A stretch of DNA of 64,000 nucleotides from Victivallales bacterium. Its GTDB lineage: Bacteria > Verrucomicrobiota > Lentisphaeria > Victivallales > GWF2-38-69. Positions 26,967 through 36,745 of this stretch are shown piece by piece. The stretch spans positions 257,596 through 321,595 of the forward strand of contig OZ245791.1 in assembly GCA_965228125.1 (NCBI GenBank), read 5' to 3'. Made by a program: the position numbers and the translations under genes. The notes beneath the pieces are model-generated. The model saw only the letters and a list, made by a program, of their open reading frames with translations, was not told where the DNA came from and made no database searches. How positions within the stretch are numbered: the first letter of the stretch is position 1; each line of letters opens with the position of its first letter.

Positions 26967-28244
26967 TTATTCGGATTTAGTAATTGACTTTTCCACTGAG
27001 TGAGTTGGTTCTGTTATTCTTTTAAGGTTATTTTCTAAATACAGTTTTAAACACTCTGCTATTGTCAGGTCAGTTTCTTCGATTCTATAAATATCAATGT
27101 AATTATTCTTTAGTTTGTAGAATGCAATTTCCCCTATTTGATTAGTAAATATCATGTCCAAGTCATACTTAATGATTACATTCACTACATTTAAGCCAAT
27201 GTGAATTTTGTTATTGAGGAATTCATTTAAATAAAAATCTTCTATTTCAAAACTATTTTTGGCTATTTTGACAACAGCAAAATAAGGAGCTCTGCCAAAA
27301 TGTCCGTATATATGAGAATCCATACCCCTAATTTCTGATACTGGAACAATTGCCTTGAGTTCCTCATTGCGGAGTGGTTCAGCATGAACAAATACCGATT
27401 CTATATTAGCAAATTTTTGCTGAATCAAATCTTCAATCTCGTCAGCAATAGAGTGTGCATTATATACGCTGATGGAAGGGTTCGTCATAAACTTCAATTC
27501 CACCATACGGAAAGTGCCTGCTTGGCGGATTTTTACATCACTGACAATATCCACACCAGAAAGATTTATTACGGTCTTTTTGATATCTGCCTGCAATTCT
27601 TTATCCAAACTAGCATCAAGTAAAATAAGAAGTGAATTCCATAAATTTCCCAGTCCCAGTTTAATGAGCAAAAGTGCTATTATAATAATAATGACACCTT
27701 CCACATAAGGGATTTTCCAATATGACATCAAAATTCCGGCTAATACTATTATTGATGAAATAATATCCAGAAATGACTCTGAAGCATTCGCTATAAGTGA
27801 AGCCGAATTTATTTCAATTCCGACGTGCTTCTCTTTGATTGCAATAAAATATGAAATGATAACAGACAGCATTGAAACTATTAAAGGAAGCAAAGGAAAA
27901 CTTATCTCTGATGGGATTATGAAAAGTTTTTTCCACCCTTCGAGTAACAGCTCAATACCTGAGTAGCATATAAAACCTCCAATTAAGAGTACCGCAAATG
28001 TCTCTGCCTTAAAAAGACCGTAGGGAAAACGTTGAGTTTTTTTTGTAGAGGCTAACCATAATCCAAAAGCTGAAGCAAAAATAGCAATAGTGTCCGCTCC
28101 GCTGTGAAATGCATCTGCTATCAAAACACTTGAACCAAAACAGTATCCGATCCCACCCTTTAGCAGTGCAAGCAGAAGCGTAAGAAGCGTTGCCCACAAA
28201 GCAACTTTTTGCCCTTTTTTGAGCTGTAAAATCAGTTTCCTCAT
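26967..28244 (-). CDS. Cation diffusion facilitator transporter fused to a C-terminal NifX/NifB-like (FeMo-cofactor-binding fold) domain
   Basis: 425 aa. Six TM helices with the CDF signature ADAFHSGADT. The C-terminal ~110 aa (YGHFGRAPYFAVVKI...) resemble the NifX-like proteins at 37502 and 41783. Confidence 0.75.
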   Translation of the reverse strand: MRKLILQLKKGQKVALWATLLTLLLALLKGGIGYCFGSSVLIADAFHSGADTIAIFASAFGLWLASTKKTQRFPYGLFKAETFAVLLIGGFICYSGIELLLEGWKKLFIIPSEISFPLLPLIVSMLSVIISYFIAIKEKHVGIEINSASLIANASESFLDIISSIIVLAGILMSYWKIPYVEGVIIIIIALLLIKLGLGNLWNSLLILLDASLDKELQADIKKTVINLSGVDIVSDVKIRQAGTFRMVELKFMTNPSISVYNAHSIADEIEDLIQQKFANIESVFVHAEPLRNEELKAIVPVSEIRGMDSHIYGHFGRAPYFAVVKIAKNSFEIEDFYLNEFLNNKIHIGLNVVNVIIKYDLDMIFTNQIGEIAFYKLKNNYIDIYRIEETDLTIAECLKLYLENNLKRITEPTHSVEKSITKSE

Positions 28245-28292
28245 TCTCTTCTCTTATTAAAATTCAGCTCTTAAACTTAGCTGCACTTATAG

Positions 28293-28499
28293 TTAGATGT
28301 CAGCATTATCAGAAATATCGAACTTTCTGGTCATCGGTGTCCCGCAGTTAGGGCAGTTTGTCTGAAAACAGGGAATTCCCCTCTGATGAGGAATCAGCGT
28401 ATTGCATCTTGGGCAAATGCAGTTTGTTTCACTTCCAATCTTACGGCATTGCCTATTTCTTACACACTTACCGGCACCTTTTCCAAATCTAAATGGCAT
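28293..28499 (-). CDS. Small Cys-rich Zn-ribbon protein, paralogue of 42478..42696 and 42716..42913
   Basis: 68 aa. NCICPRCNTLIPHQRGIPCFQTNCPNCGTPMTR aligns with the CxCPxC...CPxC pattern of the two other small proteins. Confidence 0.55.
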   Translation of the reverse strand: MPFRFGKGAGKCVRNRQCRKIGSETNCICPRCNTLIPHQRGIPCFQTNCPNCGTPMTRKFDISDNADI

Positions 28500-28575
28500 A
28501 TGGCTTTCTTCCTTCTAATTCTCAGAATTTTAATTTTTATCCTCAACAGAGATATAGAAACATAAAAATTTATTT

Positions 28576-29277
28576 CTATTTAGCCTTATTTTTTATCTCG
28601 GCTATAATGCTTTCCCCGGCTTTTACTTTGTCCCCGATTCTCAACTTTATAATGATAGTCTCATCTTTGGGGAGATATATTTCAGTTCTTGAGCCAAATT
28701 TAATCATTCCAAATCTATCCCCTTTTTTAAAAAAATCATTGCCCTTCGCCAGGCAGACAATTCTCTTTGCGACAGCACCGGAAATTTGCTTTACAGCCAT
28801 AGGGAACTCAAATCCTGATATGTTCCCTTTGCATAATAATGTGTTTGATTCATTCTCTTTAATAGCCCTCTTGTCCCTTGCATCATGGAATTTACCTTTC
28901 TTGTATATAATACGGCTGACATTTATATTACATGGAGCCCTGTTCAGATGAACATTAAAAACAGAGAGGAATATACCGACTCTGAGAACTTCTATATCTC
29001 CGAATATTTCGCTGTATTCCTTAACTTTTAAAATCTCAATATCCTTTATTATCCCATCAGCAGGAGATACCAAGACATTGTTTTTTGAAGGAATTTTTCT
29101 ATCAGGATCTCTGAAAAATGCTGCTATCGCGCACCAACAGATAAAGACAATAGAAGCAACATAGGCAAGAAAAATTATTTCAAATTCTGCATACAGGAAC
29201 AACAGTACTAGCATTAGAATAAAAGCAACTATTCCGCTTCCTAGCCATTCCCTAAGCCCATATTTTGTTAAATACAT
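28576..29277 (-). CDS. psd: Phosphatidylserine decarboxylase family protein (short, membrane-anchored type)
   Basis: 233 aa. SPADG, HLNRAP and a FGSRTE self-cleavage-like site. N-terminal TM helices. Confidence 0.85.
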   Translation of the reverse strand: MYLTKYGLREWLGSGIVAFILMLVLLFLYAEFEIIFLAYVASIVFICWCAIAAFFRDPDRKIPSKNNVLVSPADGIIKDIEILKVKEYSEIFGDIEVLRVGIFLSVFNVHLNRAPCNINVSRIIYKKGKFHDARDKRAIKENESNTLLCKGNISGFEFPMAVKQISGAVAKRIVCLAKGNDFFKKGDRFGMIKFGSRTEIYLPKDETIIIKLRIGDKVKAGESIIAEIKNKAK

Positions 29278-29331
29278 AAATATATTCCTAAAGTTTTTGT
29301 CATAATCATTTTCGGAAATCCTTACCCTCCA

Positions 29332-30738
29332 TTAGAATAATTGATCTCTTTTATTTTCATCTATTAAACGAAGCTTATCAGAAACGATTTTATTTCTGGA
29401 AGTATCAACAATTTTCTTTAACTCTTCGTCAATCAATGCAAACCCTGCTTTTCTGGTTTCCTGTGACGCGTAGTCAAGCAAATATTCCTTCAATGTAAGC
29501 AGGGCATTTGGAGTACAGAAATTTCCGATAAAGCCGGGAATAGCATATTCCATGAAATGTTTTCCCGTCCTTCCCAATCTGTAGCAGGAAGTACAAAAAC
29601 TTGGGATATAACCAGTCTTGATTAATCCTTTTATGATTTGATCTAAAGAACGGGTATCGCTAAGGGAGAACTGCTCTTTGTTACCATCCTTTATTTCTTT
29701 TCCCTTGGAATATCCGCCTAATTCTATGCACGACCCTGCATCTATCTGGGAGACTCCGAACCCGAGAGCTTCATTTCTTATTTCAGCGCTTTCTCTTGCT
29801 GTAAGAATTAGTCCGGTATAGGGAACGCTTAGTCTAAGTATGGCAATAAGTTTCAAAAAATCCTTATCTCTGACAAAATATCTGCTGTCAAGATTAACTC
29901 CGTGAGCAGGCCTGATTCTTGGGAAACTTATTGTATGGGGGCCAACTCCATATCTTTCCTGAAGATACAAAGAATGCTTGATAATCGATAAAGCTTCGAA
30001 TCTCCAGTCATAAAGCCCGAATAAAGCTCCGACTCCCATATCATCGCATCCAGCTTCAAATGCTCTGCTTAGTCCGTCCAGTCTGTAAAGGTAATCCCCT
30101 TTGCATGTATTTTGCGGATGCATTTTTCTATAGGTTTCGTGATGATATGTCTCCTGAAATATTTGATATGTCCCTATTCCTGAGCCTTTTACTGTTTTAA
30201 ATCCTTCAATGCTCATTGGAGCAGCATTGATGTTTACCCTTCTGATTTCACCATGACCTGTTTTAATGGAATAGACTTTTCTGACTGTTTCTGCGATGAA
30301 CTCAGGTGAATAGTCAGGGTGCTCGCCAAAAACAAGTACTAGCCTCTTGTGACCGACTTTTTCAAGAGTTTTAACTTCGGCAACAAGTTCGTCCGATGTA
30401 AGAGTTTTTCTGACGGTGGCACTCAAACTCCTCCTAAAGGCACAGTACTCACAGTCATTTATACAATGATTGCCTATGTAAAGAGGAGCAAATATAACAA
30501 TTCTATTGCCGTAAACTTCTCTTTTTAGTTTTCTGGCAGTCTCTTTGATTTCCTCTACAAGTTCTACATCTTTGGAGGCTATAAGCGATGCGCACTCTTC
30601 GGGGGATAACGGTTCTTTTGATAAACTTTTTGCCAAGATTTCTTTAATCTTAGATTTATCTTCTTTTGTGTTTGCAATCAGTTCTTCAACTTTTGAATCG
30701 TTGATAAAATCAACGCAGTTTTTCGAATATTTTTCCAT
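29332..30738 (-). CDS. hydG: [FeFe]-hydrogenase H-cluster radical SAM maturase HydG
   Basis: 468 aa. CINDCEYC radical SAM motif plus the HydG-specific C-terminal motif FCTSCYRLGRTGKHFMEYA...FCTPNA. Confidence 0.85.
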   Translation of the reverse strand: MEKYSKNCVDFINDSKVEELIANTKEDKSKIKEILAKSLSKEPLSPEECASLIASKDVELVEEIKETARKLKREVYGNRIVIFAPLYIGNHCINDCEYCAFRRSLSATVRKTLTSDELVAEVKTLEKVGHKRLVLVFGEHPDYSPEFIAETVRKVYSIKTGHGEIRRVNINAAPMSIEGFKTVKGSGIGTYQIFQETYHHETYRKMHPQNTCKGDYLYRLDGLSRAFEAGCDDMGVGALFGLYDWRFEALSIIKHSLYLQERYGVGPHTISFPRIRPAHGVNLDSRYFVRDKDFLKLIAILRLSVPYTGLILTARESAEIRNEALGFGVSQIDAGSCIELGGYSKGKEIKDGNKEQFSLSDTRSLDQIIKGLIKTGYIPSFCTSCYRLGRTGKHFMEYAIPGFIGNFCTPNALLTLKEYLLDYASQETRKAGFALIDEELKKIVDTSRNKIVSDKLRLIDENKRDQLF

Positions 30739-30855
30739 AATTATGTGGGGAGGTCAGATTGTTTTAGTTTTATAGTGAATTTTGAGCTACTCTGTAAACT
30801 TTCAGCTGTTGATTTCGATTCCTTCTAAACCATAAAATACTAATTTTTTGTTTTG

Positions 30856-31482
30856 TCATTTTTTAGCTGTCATAAGAAAGAGAGGGAATGCTTTCATTTC
30901 GCCACTAGATACTTCCTTTATGACTTCAGTTATAGTTTTGAATTTGATGTTTTTAAATCCAACACTAATGGCTTTATCTCTTAGCGGATTTCTCTCAAAG
31001 CCATTGTGTCCGTCAAACCCCTCTCCATGAAAAGAACCGTCTTCTCTGTCAAGATCCGCAATAAACAGGAATCCCCCAGAATCCATCATTGAATAAAAAG
31101 CGGCTAATATTTTGTCTGTATCAATGATATGGTGAAGAGTTAGCATCGTATAAATAATGTCAAACTTTTCATCCAAAGCAGGGGAGCTTATCAAATCCAA
31201 TTCAATTGGAAAAATGTTAAGAACTCCCGCCTTTGTTACTTTTCCCTTTAATACATCAAGCATACCTTTAGAACTATCGGCGCAAACTATTTTGGAGACA
31301 TGCGAACGAAGATATAAGCTCACAAGCCCGGTGCCACAGCCATATTCAAAAGCGCGGCATGGAAGCAGATTCCGGATCTCTTCAAGTATGGCATCCCCCA
31401 CTTTCTGAGCCCTGATTGTTTTTTCAACATCCATATCCCAGGTTTTTGCTCTTGAATCAAACTTACTACTCATCGGATTCAT
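30856..31482 (-). CDS. Class I SAM-dependent methyltransferase
   Basis: 208 aa with motif I FEYGCGTG. Confidence 0.75.
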   Translation of the reverse strand: MNPMSSKFDSRAKTWDMDVEKTIRAQKVGDAILEEIRNLLPCRAFEYGCGTGLVSLYLRSHVSKIVCADSSKGMLDVLKGKVTKAGVLNIFPIELDLISSPALDEKFDIIYTMLTLHHIIDTDKILAAFYSMMDSGGFLFIADLDREDGSFHGEGFDGHNGFERNPLRDKAISVGFKNIKFKTITEVIKEVSSGEMKAFPLFLMTAKK

Positions 31483-31488
31483 AAAATA

Positions 31489-32637
31489 TTAAGCTTTAGC
31501 TATAATTTCTTTAATGGCATCGACTACATCATCGACATCATGTTCTGTCATATCAGGGAAGAGAGGAATTGAACACATCCTTTCGGAGTTATACTCTGTA
31601 TTCGGAAGGACTCCGGGAGCAATATTCATTGTTTCACGGTAGTATTTCTGGACATGGGCCGCAAGAAAGTGAAGCCCTGTTCCGATATTAAGTTTCTTTA
31701 GTTCATCCATAAATTGATTGCGGTTAATTTTTTTCGAAACAACTCTGATGATAAATAGATGCCAGGCGTGAGTAAAGTCATATTTGGGTTCGCCGAGGGG
31801 AAGGATTTCAGATATGCCTTTAAGTTTTTCTCTGTAAAGCATAGCAATTTTAGTCCGCCTTTCATTGATTTGCTTTATTCTTGCAAGCTGTCTTACTCCG
31901 AGCACAGCAGCTATATCGGTCAAATTGTACTTGTATCCCGGCTCAACCACCTGCGCCTGAGGAGAACGCCCCTGCATTTTCCTGTCGAAAGCATCAACGC
32001 CCAATCCATGGAATTTTAATCGCCTTAACTTTTCTATCAATTCAGAGTCATTAGTAGTAAGCATTCCTCCTTCGCCTGTCGTGATATTTTTTATTGGATG
32101 GAATGAGTAAATGGCGGTATTTTCACAGCCGATATGTCTGCCTTTGTAAAAAGTGCCTACTGCGTGAGCAGCATCTTCTATGACGGTAATGCCATGTTTT
32201 TTGGCCAACTTGTTAATACCGTCCAAATCTGCTGCTACTCCGGCATAATGGACAGGGATAATGAGTTTTGTTTTTGGAGTAATGCATTTTTCGATAGTTT
32301 CCGGCGTGATCAGTAAAGTGTCACGGTCCACATCAGCAAAAACAGGTGTAGCCCCAGCTAGAACTATCATATTTACAGTAGAAACCCAAGTCAATGAGGG
32401 AGTAATAACTTCATCCCCATGTCCGATATTTAATGCTTTCAGCAAGATGTGCATTCCGGCTGTGGCAGAAGTCAGCGACACCCCATACTTGGCTCCTGTA
32501 TATTCACAAAGATTTTTTTCAAAATCGGCACTCCATGTGCCGGTCGTAATCCAACTTGAAAGTAAAACTTTACTTACAGCATCAGCATCTTCTTTTGTAA
32601 TAGATGGTTTGCAGAAAGGTAAAAATTCTTGTCTCAT
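31489..32637 (-). CDS. DegT/DnrJ/EryC1/StrS family aminotransferase (ArnB-like)
   Basis: 382 aa. Close to the remembered E. coli ArnB N-terminal half (FLPF..P......GWITTG...ATAGMHI.L.AL.IG.GDEVITPSLTWVST.NMI.L.GATPV..DVDRDTL). PLP-Lys context SFHPIKNITTGEGG. Confidence 0.9.
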   Translation of the reverse strand: MRQEFLPFCKPSITKEDADAVSKVLLSSWITTGTWSADFEKNLCEYTGAKYGVSLTSATAGMHILLKALNIGHGDEVITPSLTWVSTVNMIVLAGATPVFADVDRDTLLITPETIEKCITPKTKLIIPVHYAGVAADLDGINKLAKKHGITVIEDAAHAVGTFYKGRHIGCENTAIYSFHPIKNITTGEGGMLTTNDSELIEKLRRLKFHGLGVDAFDRKMQGRSPQAQVVEPGYKYNLTDIAAVLGVRQLARIKQINERRTKIAMLYREKLKGISEILPLGEPKYDFTHAWHLFIIRVVSKKINRNQFMDELKKLNIGTGLHFLAAHVQKYYRETMNIAPGVLPNTEYNSERMCSIPLFPDMTEHDVDDVVDAIKEIIAKA

Positions 32638-32670
32638 AGCATCTCCTTTGCATCTAATTTTAAAAAAACA

Positions 32671-33711
32671 TTACTTCTTCGGTAAAAACCAGAACATTGC
32701 CTTTTCAGGGCATTCTTTAATACATGTCCCGCAGGCGCTACATTTTTCATAAGAAAAAACTATCTCTTTAGGGTTACACGGTACTTCCATTGATAGGCAA
32801 TATTTTAAGCACTTGGCACAAGATAAGTTAAGTGAAAGACTTATAGCATTACTAGGGCAAAGCTTAATACACTTTCTGCACCTGTTACATATGTCAAAAT
32901 CTATGGCAGGTAGCTTAATCTGGTTGTCAAGATAATCCGAAATCAACGAAAAGGCTTCCTTGCTTGCAACTGTTTTAGACATCGAAGCATGTATTATTCC
33001 AAGATATTTCTTGCTCTTAATATGTCTGAACGACATCGAGAAATTTACATCAAATATCCAGGCAAGCTGCAAAAGTTTGAAATCATTTAAACTTCTAACA
33101 TCATCAAAGTTTACACTTTTTTTATTTAATACCGATCTATGGACGTTTTCTGAAATATCCGGCGTGTCCGGAAGATTGAGTTCTATGGCGTTGCTCTGTC
33201 TGCCGCCATTTTTTCTATCTGTATAATACTCTGTAACGACTCTGTATATGTCTAGTTTGTCCGCATCGCGAAGGAGTTTAGAAAAGAAAAGGCACTCTTG
33301 AGTTTCGTCACCAGGAAGCAGCGCGCGGTTATGGTATTTGAGCGCCTTTAATATCAGCTCTTGTTTCTCTTTGCTCAGATTGTCGAGAACTTTGTTTTTG
33401 AGAAGTATTTCAATCCCAAGTTCGGCATGATTGACAGACTTGCCGTCCATAAAAGTGCCATAGGTTTTATACTGTTCAAAGCGGCCGACATCATGAAAAA
33501 GAGCAATAATTTCCGCCAATTGCAACTCTTCTTCATTTAATCCGAGAGATTTGCCTATCTCTATAATCGCTTCGCAAACCTTCTGAGTATGCAATTCCTT
33601 AAGGTTGACATTCTCCAAAAGATCAGTTCCGCTGCCTTTGAACGAGAGAACGTAATCGGAAAACCAATTCCTAATGTTCTTCAATTCGATTTTGTTTATT
33701 CCCGTATGCAT
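32671..33711 (-). CDS. HD-domain phosphohydrolase fused to C-terminal 4Fe-4S ferredoxin-type motifs
   Basis: 346 aa. HD motif LFHDVGRFEQ. C-terminal CNRCRKCIKLCP and CSACGTCIKECP. Confidence 0.7.
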   Translation of the reverse strand: MHTGINKIELKNIRNWFSDYVLSFKGSGTDLLENVNLKELHTQKVCEAIIEIGKSLGLNEEELQLAEIIALFHDVGRFEQYKTYGTFMDGKSVNHAELGIEILLKNKVLDNLSKEKQELILKALKYHNRALLPGDETQECLFFSKLLRDADKLDIYRVVTEYYTDRKNGGRQSNAIELNLPDTPDISENVHRSVLNKKSVNFDDVRSLNDFKLLQLAWIFDVNFSMSFRHIKSKKYLGIIHASMSKTVASKEAFSLISDYLDNQIKLPAIDFDICNRCRKCIKLCPSNAISLSLNLSCAKCLKYCLSMEVPCNPKEIVFSYEKCSACGTCIKECPEKAMFWFLPKK

Positions 33712-34193
33712 TTAAAAACTTTACCCTGCTTAGAAAAATATTCGATTATATCACCCGGGACTATTTTTCCAGAAGTAATCACTCTGCAAAATAATCCTTC
33801 ATGGAGCATGACAGATTTGCCTATTATGCGGAAAATACCATTTCCATTTTCTTTATAAACTTCAGGTTTCCCTATTTGGGTTACTTCAAGCTCCACATTG
33901 CCGATTTTGAAACGGTCTAAGAGTTTTACCCCTGACAGATCCAAACCGACTGTGGTAATATTTTCAGCAAACTCTCCAGACAGAATTGCAGTTCCGACTT
34001 CTCTTGAAAACTCATCAATTCTTTCCTTGTTAATAAGGCTTACATGTCTTTCTGAGTCGGCATAGTGAGCGTCTCCTATAATTCCTTTTTCACCCACAAT
34101 TATTTCTGGAACGGGCTTTTTTATCGTCCCTTTTTGCTCTGAGATATTAACCGAAAATATCTTGCCCAAACATTTGTTTGTAATTTTAATCAT
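33696..34193 (-). CDS. MOSC domain protein
   Basis: 165 aa. The pattern GIIGDAHY...RHVSLI fits MOSC. Confidence 0.7.
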   Translation of the reverse strand: MIKITNKCLGKIFSVNISEQKGTIKKPVPEIIVGEKGIIGDAHYADSERHVSLINKERIDEFSREVGTAILSGEFAENITTVGLDLSGVKLLDRFKIGNVELEVTQIGKPEVYKENGNGIFRIIGKSVMLHEGLFCRVITSGKIVPGDIIEYFSKQGKVFKCIRE

Positions 34194-34729
34194 TAATATT
34201 CCATTCCCAGTCTAGCTTCAATTCCTTTGTCATAAGGATGTTTTATATTCTTCATTTCCGTAACAAGATCAGCTCTGTCTATGAGCGCTTCTGAGGCATA
34301 CCTCCCTGTTAAAATAAGGTCTGTACCATCAGGTTTAATATCAATAAAATCTATGACTTCCTTTTCTTTTATCAATCCAAACCATACAGCAACGATTATC
34401 TCATCCAATATGACCAGATTATATTTGGATGTCAGCATTTTTTCTCTGCATGTCAATAGCCCTTTTTCGATAGTTTGCCTGTGGGTTTCATTGACTTCAT
34501 TTTTTCGAATGCATTTCTCCCAGCCGAACTGTTCTATTTCGATGTTCTTATCATCTTTTAGATAAATGTCTTCGCCGTAAGGCCTCCCCTTCATAAATTG
34601 GGCCAGATATACTTTTCTTCCATAGGCCGCACTTCTTATTGTCATTCCGAAAGCGGACATGGTTTTGCCTTTCCCATCTCCTGTGTAGATATGAACTAAA
34701 CCTTTCATCCTAAACCTACTTATATACAA
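34193..34729 (-). CDS. cobO: Cob(I)yrinic acid a,c-diamide adenosyltransferase (CobO/BtuR family)
   Basis: 178 aa. P-loop YTGDGKGKTMSAFG typical of CobA/CobO/BtuR. Confidence 0.8.
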   Translation of the reverse strand: MYISRFRMKGLVHIYTGDGKGKTMSAFGMTIRSAAYGRKVYLAQFMKGRPYGEDIYLKDDKNIEIEQFGWEKCIRKNEVNETHRQTIEKGLLTCREKMLTSKYNLVILDEIIVAVWFGLIKEKEVIDFIDIKPDGTDLILTGRYASEALIDRADLVTEMKNIKHPYDKGIEARLGMEY

Positions 34730-34755
34730 AATTTAACTTCTTAAGCCCACCGCTC

Positions 34756-35355
34756 TTATGAAAATAGTTTAACTGCTAGTTCGGCGACCCTTCTGCCTGT
34801 ATTTTTAGCTGTTTCCATGCCAAATGTGTCGGTATTAATACCTCCCTGTTTTGCGTCATTGAAAAGAGTAGCCCCGAAATGAGCCGTAGGTTTTCCGTCG
34901 CAAACACAGACCATATCCTGACAGAACAGCGCGGATTGAACACATTGAATAGTGAGTTCCTGTCCTCCGTTTCGCACTCCGCCCACTGCTATTGCAGCGC
35001 CGACTTTCCCTTTGAATTTCCAGTTGTTTCTGCGAAACATTACGCATCTTTCAAGAAAAGCCTTGCAATGGGCAGCCATTGACCCGAAATAGACAGGCGT
35101 AGCAACGATTATGCCAGCTACCTCAGGATCGTCCAACAAAGGTATTATGCCGTTAAAATCATCATTAATGCTGCACTTTAGTTCTTTAGTACAAGCTCCG
35201 CAGGCTTTGCATGGCATAATAGTTTTTTCAGCCAGATCAACTATTTCAGTCTTTATCTTCTGTGAATATTCAGCGCAGGCATCAAGAGATGCTTTCAACG
35301 CGGTGTAAGTGCTTTGGTGTTTTCTCGGACTGCAGCAAATCCCCAGTACTTTCAT
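34756..35355 (-). CDS. Iron-sulfur flavoprotein / NADPH-dependent FMN reductase family
   Basis: 199 aa. CSPRK flavodoxin-like start and a compact Cys cluster, CKACGACTKELKC. Confidence 0.7.
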   Translation of the reverse strand: MKVLGICCSPRKHQSTYTALKASLDACAEYSQKIKTEIVDLAEKTIMPCKACGACTKELKCSINDDFNGIIPLLDDPEVAGIIVATPVYFGSMAAHCKAFLERCVMFRRNNWKFKGKVGAAIAVGGVRNGGQELTIQCVQSALFCQDMVCVCDGKPTAHFGATLFNDAKQGGINTDTFGMETAKNTGRRVAELAVKLFS

Positions 35356-35383
35356 TTTTTGACTCCTTAAATTAGTTTTGTAG

Positions 35384-35803
35384 TTATTTGGTTCGCATAA
35401 ATTTTGCGTTTGATTCTACCATCAGTTCATCATTACAAAAAATCTCAGCTTTCATATAAAAAAGATTTCTCTTGCTTGATACCAACTCACCGTACAAATC
35501 AAGTATCAGGTTGATTGGAATGGGTTTATGAAACCTCACGTTCATATCAGCAGTAACGGCTTTAACTTTCTGGTAAAAAAGGCAATGAACCATCGCTGCA
35601 TCGAGCAGCGCGCACATGACTCCGCCATGGATAATCCCGTTATACCCCTGAAGTATCCTTAATCCTCTTAAAGTAGTATGCACTCTTCCATCGCTTAGAC
35701 AGACAAATTTCAGACCTAAGCCAATAGGATTGCTGTCTCCGCATAAAAGACAGTTGCAATGCCCAAACTTCTTGCTTATCTCATTGTCTTCAGAGGCCGA
35801 CAT
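35384..35803 (-). CDS. PaaI-family hotdog thioesterase
   Basis: 139 aa. CLLCGDSNPIGLGLKF ... HGGVMCALLD is the family pattern. Confidence 0.65.
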   Translation of the reverse strand: MSASEDNEISKKFGHCNCLLCGDSNPIGLGLKFVCLSDGRVHTTLRGLRILQGYNGIIHGGVMCALLDAAMVHCLFYQKVKAVTADMNVRFHKPIPINLILDLYGELVSSKRNLFYMKAEIFCNDELMVESNAKFMRTK

Positions 35804-35844
35804 GATTCACTAACTCCTTTATTCACATAAACAGGCAAATACAA

Positions 35845-36693
35845 TCAGTTAATACTATTTTTTTTAACCAGAAAACTATTCAGTTTGCAGCCAATATCCC
35901 TTGCTATTACAGGGCATTTGACTTTGAGTAGGAAATAAATATTTTTATCTGTTCCGCTTAAGGTTTCATAATTTCCCTGCCCTTTGGAAATAATTAAATC
36001 TGACTTATCAAACATATCCCTGAATTCAGCAGAGCATTGATTCAAGACCGTCCCGGGAAGCCCCGAGCCGTTGCTTATGACAGGAACCATATCTGAGAGC
36101 CCGACCATTAGCGCGTCTTCCATCAACACGTCATTTAAAATAGCTTTCCCGCGAACAGCAAAAGTGATTTTATTCTTTGGCAATTGCTCTATAAAGAGTT
36201 TATCAAACACGATTTCCCCCGCGTTATCTCCAATATAAAGAATCTTTTCAGCTTTACCGATTTCACTTTTTAAAAACTCTGGACAGATCTCTTTTGAAGA
36301 GAGAATTTTTTTTATGTCTTCATGGATTGTTTCGTTCGTAAATTTATGGCTTGCTCCAAAATCTATCACATTTCCTGCTATCGAAAGCCGCATGGCGGCA
36401 TCAAAAGGATCAGAAGACTCAGAAACCATTCGGGAAAGCTCATCATACATTCCCATTATATACAAATTGGACTCTTTCTTTGTTTCTGCATATGAATCAA
36501 ATTCTCCATAATATTTCTCAAATATATCAAGAACACTCTTAGATATTTTCGGTGGAGAATCAGCAAAATCGGTATCTCCAAGAAGATGCAGCACTTCTTT
36601 CAATATCTTTTCATAATGGGCTGAATCCGTGCCTTTCAAAAATCTTAATGTTTGATTTACGAAACACGGAATACATTCATAATAAGTTTTCAT
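35845..36693 (-). CDS. DUF89 (ARMT1-like damage-control phosphatase) family protein
   Basis: 282 aa. The N-terminus YECIPCFVNQTLR is typical of bacterial/archaeal DUF89. Confidence 0.7.
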   Translation of the reverse strand: MKTYYECIPCFVNQTLRFLKGTDSAHYEKILKEVLHLLGDTDFADSPPKISKSVLDIFEKYYGEFDSYAETKKESNLYIMGMYDELSRMVSESSDPFDAAMRLSIAGNVIDFGASHKFTNETIHEDIKKILSSKEICPEFLKSEIGKAEKILYIGDNAGEIVFDKLFIEQLPKNKITFAVRGKAILNDVLMEDALMVGLSDMVPVISNGSGLPGTVLNQCSAEFRDMFDKSDLIISKGQGNYETLSGTDKNIYFLLKVKCPVIARDIGCKLNSFLVKKNSIN

Positions 36694-36745
36694 TCTATCT
36701 CAGCTCTATTGATAATCATTTGTTTCATCTGTCCAATGTAACCAA

